A DNA stretch of 64,000 nt from an uncultured Nitrososphaerales archaeon (GCA_963713605.1 CAVQMO010000005.1:64001-128000); one strand, 5' to 3'; positions 30,115-43,305 are shown, numbered from the stretch's first letter. Notes: a model not told the origin generated them from the sequence alone. Translations and numbers: made by a program.

Positions 30115-31126
30115 ACTCTAGTAGGATATTACTGTTCGAAGTTTTATGTAAACTTTCCAATAAAGATCTAGAGATAAAGAGTTGTTCTCAGTGTGTCTAA
30201 CATTATCGATAATTTAACTAATCTGGTTTCCAGATTCTTTTAAGCGGCAGTGTTTGTCTTGTCGCTCTCTCGATTCCCTTTCACTGGATGACATTATTGG
30301 GCAATGATAATCGTCGTCGACAGACTTTGAATGAATGAACTATCTCTAAATATCTTAGTGGATAATAAGAGGTAACTATGTCTGACCGGCCGTCGGATAA
30401 GAGAGAAAAAGAGACTTAGGAATCTAGCACCATCTTGAATATCACATCAGGATAGTTTATGATACAGAGCCTCTTATCGCAACCAAATGAATCAGATGAG
30501 GCTAACCTGACTCATCTTCGAACCGTCAAATATCTTAGAAAGTAAGTAGAATTAGGATTGCTCTTTTTGACGGATTTCAAACCATATTCATATTACGAAA
30601 TCACTAAGAAGGTTCGTCGGTGTGTGCAGTTATTCGGCCAATTAGAAGACGATTTGCGATCTTTCTTGGCGGGTTTGATGGGTCGGATTTTTTTTTGCAA
30701 TGTTTCTGCAAACAATAAAAATGGTTCCACCGGGGCCTCCGAAAAATCGATAAAATCGGAGTATTCGTGAGATAATCTGACAACCTCTATCTTATAGAAA
30801 CGATCAATAATCGGAAATGGGTAGTTATTTGTATAATAATTCTGTTGAACTCATAGCTGAGCTCTAAATTGACTTTCTAGAAAGGATTTCAATAGTCCTC
30901 TCTCAGTTATCGCTGTACCGACCCCCTGAACCAATTAATCAAAAGTTTGCACCAAATGTTCTTGCTACTCATTTTAACGTGGGTTCGAGTTAGAACAAGC
31001 ACAATAATGAGGCTCGCTCCATATTGGGAACTTACACCAACTTACATCAACTATTGGGGGAAATATCAAATGAATGAAACTAAAAAGAAACGAAAGATTC
31101 GGTCCTTGTTTTCTTAACTCAAATGG

Positions 31127-33579
31127 CTACCGTCTCGTCACCATGTTCAATAGAAGTTTCATTCTGCCTATAACCGGGATGCTGTAACTCTTTGCAACAA
31201 TTGTAGGACATTCCAGATATTCCAATAGATGCAGCAAATGGGGGTCGCTCAGACAACTATATTTTGCAATACTTGCTCCGACAATTAAGAGATCTGGTTG
31301 GGCTGCGTTGATTGTTGACTGGATTAGCATAGTCAAGTTCTCTACGCTGCTTTCTACTTCTTTTGAAAGGTAGATTTCATTGTATTCAACCCCAATCATA
31401 CCTAAATGCTGTGCTTGATGAGAATGGTTCCTGTGATTGGGATCTTTTTTCTCTTCAGCATGTTCTTCATGGCCTTTGTTGATAGAGAGGATAGTAACTG
31501 TAAACAAACCGGAGTGCTCAATCCACCTCGCAGTCCTTAAAACTATATCTGAATGTTCTCCACGCTCGAACAGGACAACGAGTCTTTTCTTCTTGTTATT
31601 ATTTTCTTTTCTTAGTCCCGCATTCGCTTGTAGCGGCTGCTGTCTGCTGTCCGTAAATTAGATTCCGCGCTTGGATATAGTCACTGCTACCAGCCATCCT
31701 AGAGGTTGCTTCAAGTTGCAGATCATCATCGGCTCTCTTTATGGCTAGAGCATCACAAGTGGCGAGAGTCTGTAGTTTTTTGTTTGTTCGAAGTGTTTCG
31801 AAATCAACCAGTAGTAGATCTATATGCTGTTCTTCGATGGTCACAAGGATAGCCTCGGTTGAATCGTGTGATATTCTGGCCAAATAGTGATTTGTAATAC
31901 TCTCTTTGTCGAGGGCGTCTTCTAAAGGCTTGTAGGCTCTCTTTGCTGAATCGGCAAATGCAATCCCTGCAGAGAGAGGAGTCTGCTCAGGGACTGTTAT
32001 TACCCTCAATACATCTACTTCCCCATTATTTTCTTTTGCTATTCTGATTGCAAATTTTATCAACCTATCGGGGTTCTCCGGTGTATACAAGATTAGGATT
32101 CGGAAGTCTCTCCTTTCCAATGCCCCTTCGCTGGTAACCGTAGGAGCATAATGCTCAAGTTCCTTACGAAAGATATACACACGATATACAGCAAAACCAA
32201 TTGCAACCCAGACTATTGTGATGACCCAGCTCAAGGGTTCTGTTACGAGTAAGTATATTGCTAGGCCAATCTTTAGAAAGATTCCAATGATCGGGATAAC
32301 GGGGAAAAAGGGAGTTTTAAACCCGTAATCTAGTTTATCTCCATAAATCCTTCGTATATTTATCGCAGCCAGATTGACCTGTGTAAAGAGTAAAAGAAAG
32401 ATTACCCCAGCAGCGATAGCAATTTGATCTAAAGGTAAACCAGAGGCCATCACTGCCATTATAAGACCTGAAAGTAGAATTGCGATGTACGGTGTTTTGT
32501 TCCTAGGATGTATTGCGCTAAACTTATGTGGCAGATTATAATGTCTTCCCATAGCAAAAGCGACCCTTGCTGACGAGAAGGTTGTTGCATTTAGGGCAGC
32601 TAGTGTGGAAATCATTCCTCCTCCAAGAACTATGAATGCACCATAAGGAATAATCAATTCGGCAGCAGCACTTATTCCCAATTCACCCTGATCGCCTATG
32701 AACTTCCATGAAGGTACTCCACCTTCCGGAAAGATAGCCCCAATAGACACAAACGCAATGAGACAATACAAAACAACGACCGCAGACAAAGAAATGAAAA
32801 TCGCTCTGGGAATATTTCGCTTAGGGTTCTTGACCTCCTCGCCCGTCTGAACTATAACCTCGTATCCCTCAAAGGCAATAAACGTCAATCCCATTGGCAG
32901 CAACAATACCCGCAACTCCCATAGGCATAAAATCGGAAAAGTTCATCGTCCATTCTGGGTTAGTATGCATGGTCCACAAGCCCGCACCTATCAATGCAAA
33001 TATCAATCCCAGCTGGATTACCGTAACAATGTCGCCAGTCTTGCCAGTTTCCGAAGTTCCCTTAAAATTGACGTATGTAAATGCAGCAACGGAGGCAACG
33101 GCAATAACCTTGTCCAAGGGGATTATACCTAAAATAAGCAGGGTACCCTCTGAACCAACATCCTTAAAGAGATTGAGCTGCATCAGCAGACCATTGAAAA
33201 AAGAGGCAAAGCTTACCGCGTACAAACTCCCGGCAACAATATGTGCAAACCAAGCCATCCATCCGCTAATGAAAGCATTTGGACGAGGGAGACCTTCTCG
33301 TACCCAAAGGTAACCACCACCTGCCTCGGGCATTGCTGACCCAAGTTCAGCGTAAGCCATTGCAGTGAACAGTGTGATCGTTGCATTTATTACGAATGCA
33401 ATTATTACTGCGCTCCCGGCTAGTCCAATTGCCGGTCCAGTGAGTACAAAAATCGAACCACCGATCATGGCGGCTATTCCGACCATTATTACGTCGAGAA
33501 GGGACAAGGAGCGAACCAAGTGGTGTTCTTGAGGGCGATATGAAGGCGTGGATGACTCTCCAGAAGAAGAGCTGGCCAA
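31127..33579 (-). CDS. APC-family amino acid permease with C-terminal universal-stress-protein-like domains (two frameshifts)
   Basis: GIAAMIGGSIF, YAELGSAMPEAGGGY, FIAFEGYE, EEVKNPKRNIPRAI, SSARVAFAMGR; soluble USP-like tail. Confidence 0.9.
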
Positions 33580-34530
33580 GTGCTACAATTAGGTCAGCGA
33601 ATCTTCTGAAATTAAAACCTTCGCATATTAAAAACAATTGATTTAAATAACTATTATTTGAAGTTCGAATAAAGACCTTTAGGTAATCAGAAGATCGGGA
33701 CTGTGAAGCATGAGCGCCGAGACCGAAACATTGCCATTTGTTAATGTTTGATAATTTTTTTGGTTTTGAGGCAAGTCATTGTCGCCTTTATCAGACAAAA
33801 ACTAAGAAATGCCAAAACTCAGTTTTATCGGTTTATTCCTTATTCCAATAAATAATTAATTTGATGGTAATTAAGTGGCTTGTCTGCTTAAGAATCAATT
33901 AGGTCTCTTCCAATTTGGTATTGCAGGGGATATGAAAGCAAACGCCATATGGGTTGAACCTCGACTGAACTTGTGGTCATAGAATTGCATATCTCTGCTT
34001 ACTTTGATTTAGCTTTAGTCTCCTATGCATGTACTAAAGTCCTTATGTCCTTAAATAAGGACCCGATCTAAACCTGTTTAGGTAAACTATTATTTTCCAA
34101 CGCATGAGCGAATTATCGACGAAACTACCTGCACAGACACATCTAAAGTAAACATTTGCTATAAGATATGATTAATGATAGTAGTTCAATAGTAGAGCAT
34201 TACTCATTCTTCCCCCAAATTGAGTTCAATCGCTCCAACATTTTCAAATTTATCAGTATCTTATGCAAATTTATCAGTGTCTTTCGTCGTTTCCTAGTTG
34301 TTAAAAATTCTCTTCTAGACACAATCTTAACTAAACAGCAGGTCATTTTTTTGGAACGAGGTTCATTAGTGATTTTCCTAGACGGGAGGGAAATTATCAA
34401 GGACAGTTGACAGTGAGATCCTAACTGATTGATTTCACAATTCTGTTACACGAGAAACTGGTATGAATAATATATAGTAGGATTCCAAAGCCGATGCCAG
34501 ATACAGGAGAGGAAAATTTCAATCGGATGC

Positions 34531-35857
34531 TTGACTGGGCGAGAAATACAAAAAGCAATATGGAGCGTACCGCAAAATTCTTCTAATTTGACTCTCGAGA
34601 ATGATGCAATTGCATTGCACCGTATTTTAAAGGGAAAGATTGGGATACAGAGCAGGGTATCAGCAAATTTCGGAAGAGGTTCTTCCGTTCCCAGTACTCT
34701 AGGTGAAAAAGCTCAAGGAATTAATGAAACTAGCAATGAGGCAAAGAAGGTCAACAAATTTGGGGTTCTGGAATTGATCTACACTCCAGGAGTCGCTGCT
34801 GTTGCCGAAGCGATAAGCAACGACAACGAACTCGCATATGATTACACTTCTAAGTGGAACAATGTGGCAATTATATGTGATGGCACCCGAGTTTTAGGTC
34901 TAGGTAACATTGGACCTCAAGGTGCCCTACCTGTAATGGAGGGAAAGTCAGGTACTGTTTAAACTATTAGGTGACATAAACGCTTATCCCTTATGCCTCA
35001 ATACTACTGATAAGGATGAAATTATTGGTTTTGTAAAAGCTGCAGAACCAACATTTGGTGCGATAAATATAGAAGATATTGAATCGCCCAAGGTTCTAGA
35101 AATAGTAGAGAAGTTGCAGCGAGAATTACCTATTCCAGTTTTTCACGACGATCAACATGGAACATCAATTGTCGCCCTTGCGGCTCTGATTAATGCATTA
35201 AAAGTAGTTAACAAGCCACGCATTAGCGAAGTCAATGTAGTAATAGCAGGCGCAGGTTCAGCCGGCTATGGAATTTCAAAGATACTAAAGCAGGTTGAAT
35301 GTAACCGAATATTAGTAATTGATAGTCAGGGAATAATCTACCAAAATAGACCAGTGGGAATATACAACAAGTATAAGAAAGAAATAAGTTTGATCACAAA
35401 TCCAACGCGTATGAAGGGATCTCTGCAAGACGCAATTGTCGGGGCAGACGTATTCATTGGCGTATCTGGGAGCCCAAATATATTAGATGGCAGAATGGTC
35501 AAGACCATGAGTAAGGATCCTATAGTATTTGCTTTAAGTAACCCTGAGCCGGAAATTCATCCTTCACAAGCACTCGCTAATGGAGCAAAAGTAGTTGCGA
35601 CTGGGAGATCCGATTTCCCTAACCAAATTAACAACGTCTCTGTTTTTCCGTCGATGCTTCGAGTCCTTTTGGATCTTCGAGTTAGAACGCTAAGTGAGGA
35701 TCTTCTAGTGGCTGTTGCGACGGGCATCGCGGATCTTGTGGAACAAGAACATTTGCACTCCGACTATATTTTGCCACCCATCGACGACCCGCGTATTCTA
35801 CCAACTGTTTCAGACAAATTGAGAGAAGTTATTAAGCATCATGTTGACGAGAAATGA
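34531..35857 (+). CDS. NAD(P)-dependent malic enzyme (frameshift near 34950)
   Basis: YTPGVA, DGTRVLGLGNIGP...PVMEGK, NIEDI, FHDDQHGT, GAGSAG, FALSNPEPEI, ATGRSDFPNQINN. Confidence 0.92.
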
Positions 35858-36868
35858 TAATACCAGGATTAATTTAGGGTGAATTCAGTCAGATTAATCT
35901 AATCGTCGGGGGCATACCATCAGGGACGAGCTTTAAAAGCTCAGCCTCGTTATGATAATGGCACTTTGTCAGATAAATGCTCTATTACCCGAACAACAAA
36001 GCTTCAACATGAGCAAGTTCCCTGCTCGGAATAATCATCAAGTACATGTCATGGGGCTTACCACCGTGCAGGTCTGGTAGCATAAAGTGTACATTAACGA
36101 TGTCTTCAGTAAAACCCCACTCGTCTGTGGCTCAATCCATTCTTATCATGCTCTATTGTGCCCTCACGTTCAACCTTGAAAATCACGCCAATGGAATTAG
36201 TCACAAGCTGCTTTAATGCATTTAAAGTATAATTGAACAGGTTACTATTCACGCCGCGGTCTATACTTTTTATCAATAGTCATGAAATCGAGGAATGCAA
36301 TAGTCAATTCGTTCAATGCGTAGAGCGAGGAGAATCCCACTATGGTGTCTTACTGTCGCACCAGAAAGAGGTGATATTTTGGGTCAAATCCGAGCACGAG
36401 TGTAATCATATTGATAGGTCTAATATGTGAAACGGAAAATGAAGCTAGATAAATCCTCTATACTTTCTTAAAATATGCAGGTGACATTTCCGATTCGACT
36501 AACGAAAAATCCATTGACTGGCCACCATCTGTCTATCTCTCTCATGTCATCCAAAGACACTCGTATATGTCACTTTTTCCGAGATTGACAAATAAGTCAC
36601 AGCATAAGTAAGCAACGCTTAGTTGCTGGGGTCAGTCAAATCTCTCAAAGGCTAGTATCATGACATTATATAGTTATAAGTTTCATTGTCAGGACTAGAG
36701 GACCTTGTACTTTTCTCCTGATACTATCTCACTTCATGTTTGTGAACTGTCTGTTTCTTCGAGTTCTTGTCAACCTTTATCTCAAGTAAGCATATTGAAA
36801 CAAGTAAGGATACTTAGAGTTGGATGTTATGAATAGGACTCGGAGTTAGATGTGGCTCAACTTTTTAT

Positions 36869-37276
36869 ATGTCGTATGGGTTAGTAAGAATAAGGATAAC
36901 ACAAATGCGTTCCGGTTGGGCAGATAAGGCCACCACATTGCTAAATAGAGGCTTCCCACGAATGTATCTTCTGAACATGCTCAAGGATAAGCCGATGAAC
37001 GGAAAAGAGATAATTGAAACTTTACTAAATAACAGTGGAGGAACATGGAAACCTTCACCTAAGATCGTCTATCCATTGCTGGCCAAACTGGTGGGAGAAG
37101 ACTTGTTGTATCAAACCGATGAAGGACAATACGCTCTGACAAGAAAAGGGATTAGAGTAGCAAGTGATGCAGGCACAGTATCTAGGACTCTCAAAAAACA
37201 GTTAAGTTATCTTGCTAAATTTAGTACACTAGTTGGTAATACATTTCTTACGAGATTTAAGAAACGGTTTTCTTAA
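36869..37276 (+). CDS. PadR-family transcriptional regulator
   Basis: LNMLKDKPMNGKEII...WKPSP..VYPLL..L...Y.LT.KG. Confidence 0.85.
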   Translation: MSYGLVRIRITQMRSGWADKATTLLNRGFPRMYLLNMLKDKPMNGKEIIETLLNNSGGTWKPSPKIVYPLLAKLVGEDLLYQTDEGQYALTRKGIRVASDAGTVSRTLKKQLSYLAKFSTLVGNTFLTRFKKRFS

Positions 37277-37639
37277 AAAATTCTAAAGTTGGGCTGTATT
37301 GCGAATACGGATTCTTACAACACATTTTCATGGAATGATGGACAATTTAGTAAGCAGACATCAATCATAAAGTATGCGTTTTTGCTGGAAGTCAACCCAT
37401 ATTGATACCCGATGTAATATGATTTCTAGAGCAAGCACTTCGATAACAATTCGAATAAGCCATCAAAAGCATATACGGTTTGAATAATTTATTGTAGGCT
37501 AAAAAACGTTCCTGTTTGAATATCTTGATTTGTTAATAACGATAGTGAGATAAGTCATTAGGGGTAATAATCGCAAAAAATGAATGAAAGTAAACAGATC
37601 GTAACCACTACAAAAATATTGGTCTCATTTACCTGTTTA

Positions 37640-38272
37640 TCATTCGATCTTGATCTGCTTTCCCTTTGGCTTTGTTTCCTTTTTCTTGTCAAAGGTTATT
37701 TCTAGGATGCCATTGTTGTACTTCAATCGGGCTGTTTTTACATCTGTTTCTGTAGGTAGGTCTATTAACTTGTGATACTTTCTTTTAGGTTCAAGGCTTC
37801 TTACCTCTACGGTGTTGTCATAGGAATCTATCTTGATCTTGTCCTTCTCAACTCCAGGCATTTCTACGGTCACTTTGACATTACCTTCAGTCGCCAATAC
37901 GTCAATCATGGGTTCCCTTTCTTCCCCAATTTCTGGTCTAGGAGGCTTGGCGTCAGCTTTGAGACCATATACTTGACCTCTCTTGACGTTACCAAACTCG
38001 CGAATCAATGGTTTACCATCTGGGCCTACTGTCATGGAGTACCCATATACTAAGGGACCTATCTTCCGAGCTTTGGTTCCATCTGAATTCTCGTATTCTG
38101 AGACAAGCTCTTTGGGCGCTTGCCTCTCTAGAAGTTCAAACTCTTCTTCCATTTTTGTAAAACCCGAAAGTAATTCATCGAAGAATGTTGGTCCAATTTC
38201 TCTATCTAACAGCGGCAGTAATTTTCTTGCTCCTGTAAACCAGCCATTTGGTTCTATGTTCCAAAAACTCAT
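37640..38272 (-). CDS. hsp20: Archaeal small heat-shock protein
   Basis: GPLVYGYSMTVGPDGKPLIREFGNV, EPMIDV, EMPGVEK, YNNGILEI. Confidence 0.92.
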   Translation of the reverse strand: MSFWNIEPNGWFTGARKLLPLLDREIGPTFFDELLSGFTKMEEEFELLERQAPKELVSEYENSDGTKARKIGPLVYGYSMTVGPDGKPLIREFGNVKRGQVYGLKADAKPPRPEIGEEREPMIDVLATEGNVKVTVEMPGVEKDKIKIDSYDNTVEVRSLEPKRKYHKLIDLPTETDVKTARLKYNNGILEITFDKKKETKPKGKQIKIE

Positions 38273-38571
38273 TTCTCTTCAAATTCACCTTACGGATATT
38301 TATGGTTCTCAGATATATAAACGTGACTAACTAGGGGTTACCAACTAAACGAGAACAAGATAGATTAGATATCTACATTTGCAAGCTCGTATGTACAAGA
38401 AGAAGAAGCTAATCATGCCTGTCTAGGAAAATGATAACGTCGGCCTTAGTGAGGAATAAGAATAATATGAGAAAATTCATGCACCTTCATCGTCTTGAGA
38501 ACCATGTTTAGGCAAAAGAGTAATAGGAACCGTATCCGTTAAAAAGATCGGAAACAGGTGAACTAATTAAC

Positions 38572-39511
38572 TTGGTTAAAAAAATTGTTTCTTTCTTGCC
38601 CAGCTCCACGGAAATCCTTTACGAGTTGGGGCTAGAAGCAGAGATCACCGGAGTAACGCATGAATGCAAATACCCAGATTCGGCTAGAGAAAAACCAAGG
38701 GTGGTAAACGCTACCATTGATTGCTCCGCAATGAGCAGCAGGGGTATTGATGATCGGGTTGGAGAATTGTCTAGGACTGGAGGAGAAATATATGTTTTAG
38801 ATAGCGATGTCCTAAAGGAAGCAAAGCCTGACCTTATAATTGCTCAAGGTGTTTGTAAGGTATGTGCTCCACACACCAAGGAAATAGAAAGAGCGTTCGA
38901 AATTCTCGGGTATAAACCAGATTTAGTCGGTACTCGACCCTCACGGGCTTGATGATATCTTAAACAGCATATGTGATGTGGCCAACCAGGTCAATAAAAC
39001 GGAAGAGGGTCGTCTACTGGTCTCCAAATTGCGACAGAGAATACAAAGAGTGGAGAATGAGGCAACGCAGAAACTGGATCAGAAAATCAAGCGGCCCAGG
39101 GTAATATGTATAGAATGGATCGAACCGTTCTATGTGGCTGGCCATTGGGTACCTCAAATGGTCGAGATAGCAGGAGGGATGAACGGCATTAGCTCACATG
39201 GAGAACCCTCACGGCGCATAAGTCTGGAAGAAATTTCCCAATATCAGCCGGATAAGATAGTTCTTATGCCTTGCGGGTTCGAGATTGATAGGACCTGCAA
39301 GGAAATGTGTGCTTTAAACAATAATGATGGATGGAAGGCACTGGGCGCAGTTAAGCGAGGAGAAGTATATATCGTAAATGCGAATGCCTATTTTAGCAAA
39401 CCTGGACCAAGAGTAGTGGTGGGATTGGAGATTCTGGCAAAAATAATTAACCCTGGAGCTTTTGCAGAGTTAGAATTACCTTCTAATGCATATAGAAAAT
39501 TCACCTATTAA
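38572..39511 (+). CDS. Cobalamin/Fe-type binding protein (BtuF-like), frameshift near 38930
   Basis: KIVSFLPSSTEIL..LG....GVTHECKYP, EWIEP..AGHWVPQMVEIAGG, FSKPGPR. Confidence 0.85.
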
Positions 39512-40325
39512 ACTCCCAGTCAATATATCACCTTACCTTACCTTTGGTCCGTTTGAACGAGGGTATTCTGCTAGTCTACTCAAAATTGAAATTCGGGGTC
39601 AGTGACAAGGTATTGGATAATTTTAGACTTGGCTGTTGTGACAAATGTTAGAACACTCCTATGGAACTCTACAAGGTCATTGAACGTTCTGAACGCCTTT
39701 GTATTAGGTGCAATAAGGGAAATCAATACTGTTTTGAATAAAATCTTTGTTCAACAACATAGTTCAAATGGATTAAGCGTAAAAGCCTATTGAACTTCTT
39801 ATGAACAGTGTCTACACCATACAGGAATTGTGGGACCTGTATACAGATTGGAACGAAGATGTACACGGGTGTGTACACGACCTCCTTATTTATAACTCCA
39901 ATTTATGTCGTTTTCGATAACAATTAGAAAAAATCTTTGCCTCTACCATAACTGGTGGCAATAAGCATCAGACTAACGGGTCACTTTAATTGGAAAAGCA
40001 GACTGATATAGGGCGCGGCATTTTTAGAATTCAAATACAAATATTCTGGAAAATTTATGTCTCACGCACAGAAGACCGGGTTTGGAGAGAAAGGGTGAAT
40101 GGAAACGTTATTTGTAACGGGTGTGAGAGAGTCTCGGATATCAAATCCAGTAAATAGTAGCCTCTTTTGCGATTCCATGAATCGTAGGTAAATCACCGGA
40201 GACTGCTGGAGGCCAATTTCCGGACATCAAAAGTCAAAATCTTTACCTCTCATCCTTGGACCTGTTGTATCAGGCTTTATTACGGGCTTACTTATATGAA
40301 GGATGCTCAATTATGAATACTAGAG

Positions 40326-40887
40326 ATGTTGGGAGGAGGTCATTATATGATTCATAGTGACAGCGGCGGTGCAGATGACCCTTCAGAGGCTTCATCAGCT
40401 ACAACAGCAGTAAGGCAGAATCGTGGATCGCTTCATCAGGGGAAGAGCGGGCCAGATGCCAGGCTTACTTCAATTCGTGATGCCAATCGGACAATTAGAG
40501 ATGACCGAACTGACCGTATGGAAGACTATCTCGAGGTGATTTATGAGCTTGTACTACAGAAGGGTTATGCGACAACAGTTGACATTTCCGATTACCTCAA
40601 TGTTTCCTCACCAAGCGTTACAAGGATGATGAAAAAGCTTACATGAAACGGGATTCCTCAGGTATGAAAAATACAGGGGAGTGAGCTTAACAGACAAGGG
40701 GATAGAGGTGGCGAAAGCCATACGCAAGAGGCACGGTATACTCGCCGAGTTTTTTAAGATGATTGGCGTTCAGGACGATATCGCTAACGAAGATGCAGAG
40801 GGAATAGAACACCATCTACATTCTGAGACTTTAAAGAAACTTGAAGAATTTGTCAGGAGCCTAAAAGCAACCCACAAAATACGGTAG
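40326..40887 (+). CDS. DtxR/MntR-family metal-dependent repressor (frameshift near 40641)
   Basis: MEDYLEVIYEL, LNVSSPSVTRM, LTDKG...RHGILAEF, DAEGIEHHL. Confidence 0.9.
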
Positions 40888-41249
40888 CTGTCATTTCACC
40901 TGCGTCCTTCATCATTATTAGGAAATTTTTACTGCCCTATTAGAATGCATGTTCCATTTGCTAAAATTATGGTTGCTCACTTGTTACCAATAACTTTATT
41001 GTTGCTATCTGATTAACATAAAAATTGCCTGTTCCTCAAGTAGAATTCAAATCATCTGTCGCTATCGGCATAAGACATCCAAGCAGGATAGGCGATCAAC
41101 TAATCAAGCTTCTATGTATTCTTCTCTATGGTGGTAAATTGTGCATCGAACCCCGAAGGCGTCCTCTCTACTTACAATTAATATTAATACTGTGTTCTCA
41201 ACTAAGGAATTGACCTAAAACAAAAAAAGGACATAATTAATACTCATTT

Positions 41250-41528
41250 TCTAAGTTCTGACTGATGGGGGGATGTTGAATTAGGTCCCTGCCATGGGGG
41301 AATATCTCTCGTCTGAATATCGAATTCAATAGGAATTCTTCCTGGACCAGCTATCAGGAGACTTCATCGAAATGGACATTAACAATAATTCCAATTCAAA
41401 ACCGCCTACCAAGCCTTCGAAGATCTTAGCTGAGAAAGATCGCACCTATCATTTCGATTATGAATAGTATCGATACTAGGACTCCAACAACCAGCTACAA
41501 CCTCAAGTATCCCAGCATAGACATCAAT
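41250..41528 (-). pseudogene. DoxX-family membrane protein remnant
   Basis: Fragments LFIIEMIGAIF, GLVGGFELELLLMSIS, SLLIAGPGRIPIE, with stops and frameshifts. Confidence 0.65.
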
Positions 41529-41532
41529 GCAT

Positions 41533-41910
41533 TCAATCAAGGATGATATTGATCCCAACCAGTTGTCCCTTAGTTCTAGATAGAATCCCTGCCAATCTAA
41601 CCCAGAATCCATATTTCTTGTTCCTCAAGCTCAATGCATTATCTAGCTCCTCTCGATTTGCCATAGAAGCCTTTCCTCTGTGCCACTGACCCTTGAGCTG
41701 ACCTCTCATTCCGCACGGCGCTACACGTACATTTGGATTATTTCTCAGGCGCTTTACTTTGCCGGTCTGATTTCTAGTTACAACACTAATCTTCTTTCCG
41801 TCAATAGTAAACCAAACAGGGGTAGCAACACCTTCTCCGTTTCTTTTCAAAGTCTCGAGCTTAAGATAGCGATACTGAGAAAGCGTTGAAACTGGATCGG
41901 AGGATGACAT
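41533..41910 (-). CDS. PPOX-class probable F420-dependent oxidoreductase
   Basis: YLKLETLKRNGEGVATPVWF...GKVKRLRNNPNVRVAPC..RG...KKYG. Confidence 0.9.
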   Translation of the reverse strand: MSSSDPVSTLSQYRYLKLETLKRNGEGVATPVWFTIDGKKISVVTRNQTGKVKRLRNNPNVRVAPCGMRGQLKGQWHRGKASMANREELDNALSLRNKKYGFWVRLAGILSRTKGQLVGINIILD

Positions 41911-42012
41911 ATCTTCAAAGTTAAATCCGTTTTTATTATTGTTTTCCTTCCCATCGCCGTTGAAAAGATACTCCTTTTATAAGAGTAACTGCTTAGATGA
42001 TTAGCTGAGCTA

Positions 42013-42144
42013 TTGTCAACATCAACTTCATCATCTAGCTACACGTGTGAAATATGTGGAATCACATTCAGTACATTGAATGAAAAAGAAGAACATATCA
42101 AGCTAGAACATAAGGAACATCATCCTCCCACAGGAGTCGGATAA
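42013..42144 (+). CDS. C2H2 zinc-finger microprotein (43 aa)
   Basis: Manual translation MSTSTSSSSYTCEICGITFSTLNEKEEHIKLEHKEHHPPTGVG: Y-x-C-x2-C-x3-F-x8-H-x4-H. Confidence 0.8.
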   Translation: MSTSTSSSSYTCEICGITFSTLNEKEEHIKLEHKEHHPPTGVG

Positions 42145-42704
42145 TTATCTCTCAATTATATTCCTGCGGCACATAAAAACCAATCACGAAAATTAGAGCA
42201 GTTATCAATATATCTTTTAGATGTGGTAGACGGGAACTCTATCAGGCTCAAACCTGTTTTGAACCTTTTCACTCTGGCAATAATAATTACTATACCTATT
42301 GATTTTTTGTCGGTTTGATTTGGTTTGGTACCAAATACCAAATAATGAAAAATTTTTATCGGTGACGACGGCTATCTTCTAGGATAATTTACAATCCTTA
42401 AGTTCTCAAAATGGTGTCAAGGATAACACTACATATCCTGCTGAAGATCCCTAAACTTAGCATTTCGCTCCCATGCCAACGTCGCCTCGTGACAGCTATA
42501 TGAGTTAGGTTCTTTTTTTAGGAACACTCGTTCTGTTGATCTAGAACCATGAATGACACATCAATCATTAAGTTCCGCTTTAAGTTAAGATCAGTAATTC
42601 AATTCAACTTAATCAAGACCGAGTGTTCATATTGGGTTCAGTTCAATTTGTTAATTTAAATCCACCAAGGTCGGTGCTCTAAGTCTATGAGGCAACCCCT
42701 TAAG

Positions 42705-43305
42705 CTAAGGGGGTAAAATTACTGATTTTATTCTAAACTTTTCCCAATTTCTTCGACAAATGCAATCTCTGACAGACTTCCTCCTCTCTCGTGGGGAATA
42801 TGCCTTTTCTGAGAATCTTTCGGGGAGTACGTAGTGCTTATCTTGATATCCTATTGCGATCATGACTCCAACTTCAAACCCGTCTAGAATTTTAAAGACT
42901 TCGATGGCCTTCTGAACGTCTAAACCCCCTATTTCGTGCATGATAAGACCTTGGTTAAATGCCTCAAGAAACATATTCTCATTAGCGGCCACTAGATCAT
43001 AAAAATGAAGCCTATTGTATTCCTCTCCTTCCGAACAATTTTTTTTGCTATTGCACATGAGTATCGGAGATCTTTTAGCATAAGAATTGGATTCAAGCAA
43101 GACAGATTGAGCCTCCATTAATATTACTGGATTATCTACCACGGTTGTTCATTTTTGAAAGATGGGGCCCATCTTGCAGCTTCTAATATGGATAATAATT
43201 TAGATCTCTCTACTGGTTTTGTCGAAAATGCTCTTGCGCTCCATCCCTTCGCAGCTCATTGACCAGGTGCCCTGTCTTTGCGATTTTAGTAATTATTTCC
43301 TCCAT
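42705..43305 (-). pseudogene. Nitroreductase-family pseudogene
   Basis: WSARAFS.KPVE...LEAARWAPS..NEQPW* then NMFLEAFNQGLIMHEIGG...MIAIGY...PRERRK; several lesions. Confidence 0.8.

Noticed and set aside
30680..30770. GC-skewed tract resembling a mobile-element end
   Set aside because: No matching inverted repeat, target duplication or transposase found.
30981..30990. GGTTCGAGT as a tRNA T-loop
   Set aside because: Flanks do not form T-stem, acceptor or anticodon arms.
35890..36430. Coding-like fragments downstream of the malic enzyme
   Set aside because: Short broken frames with no recognisable family.
40060..40157. WRERVNGNVICNGC resembling half of a GATA zinc finger
   Set aside because: The first CxxC pair and a start codon are missing in that frame; likely chance or an unidentifiable remnant.
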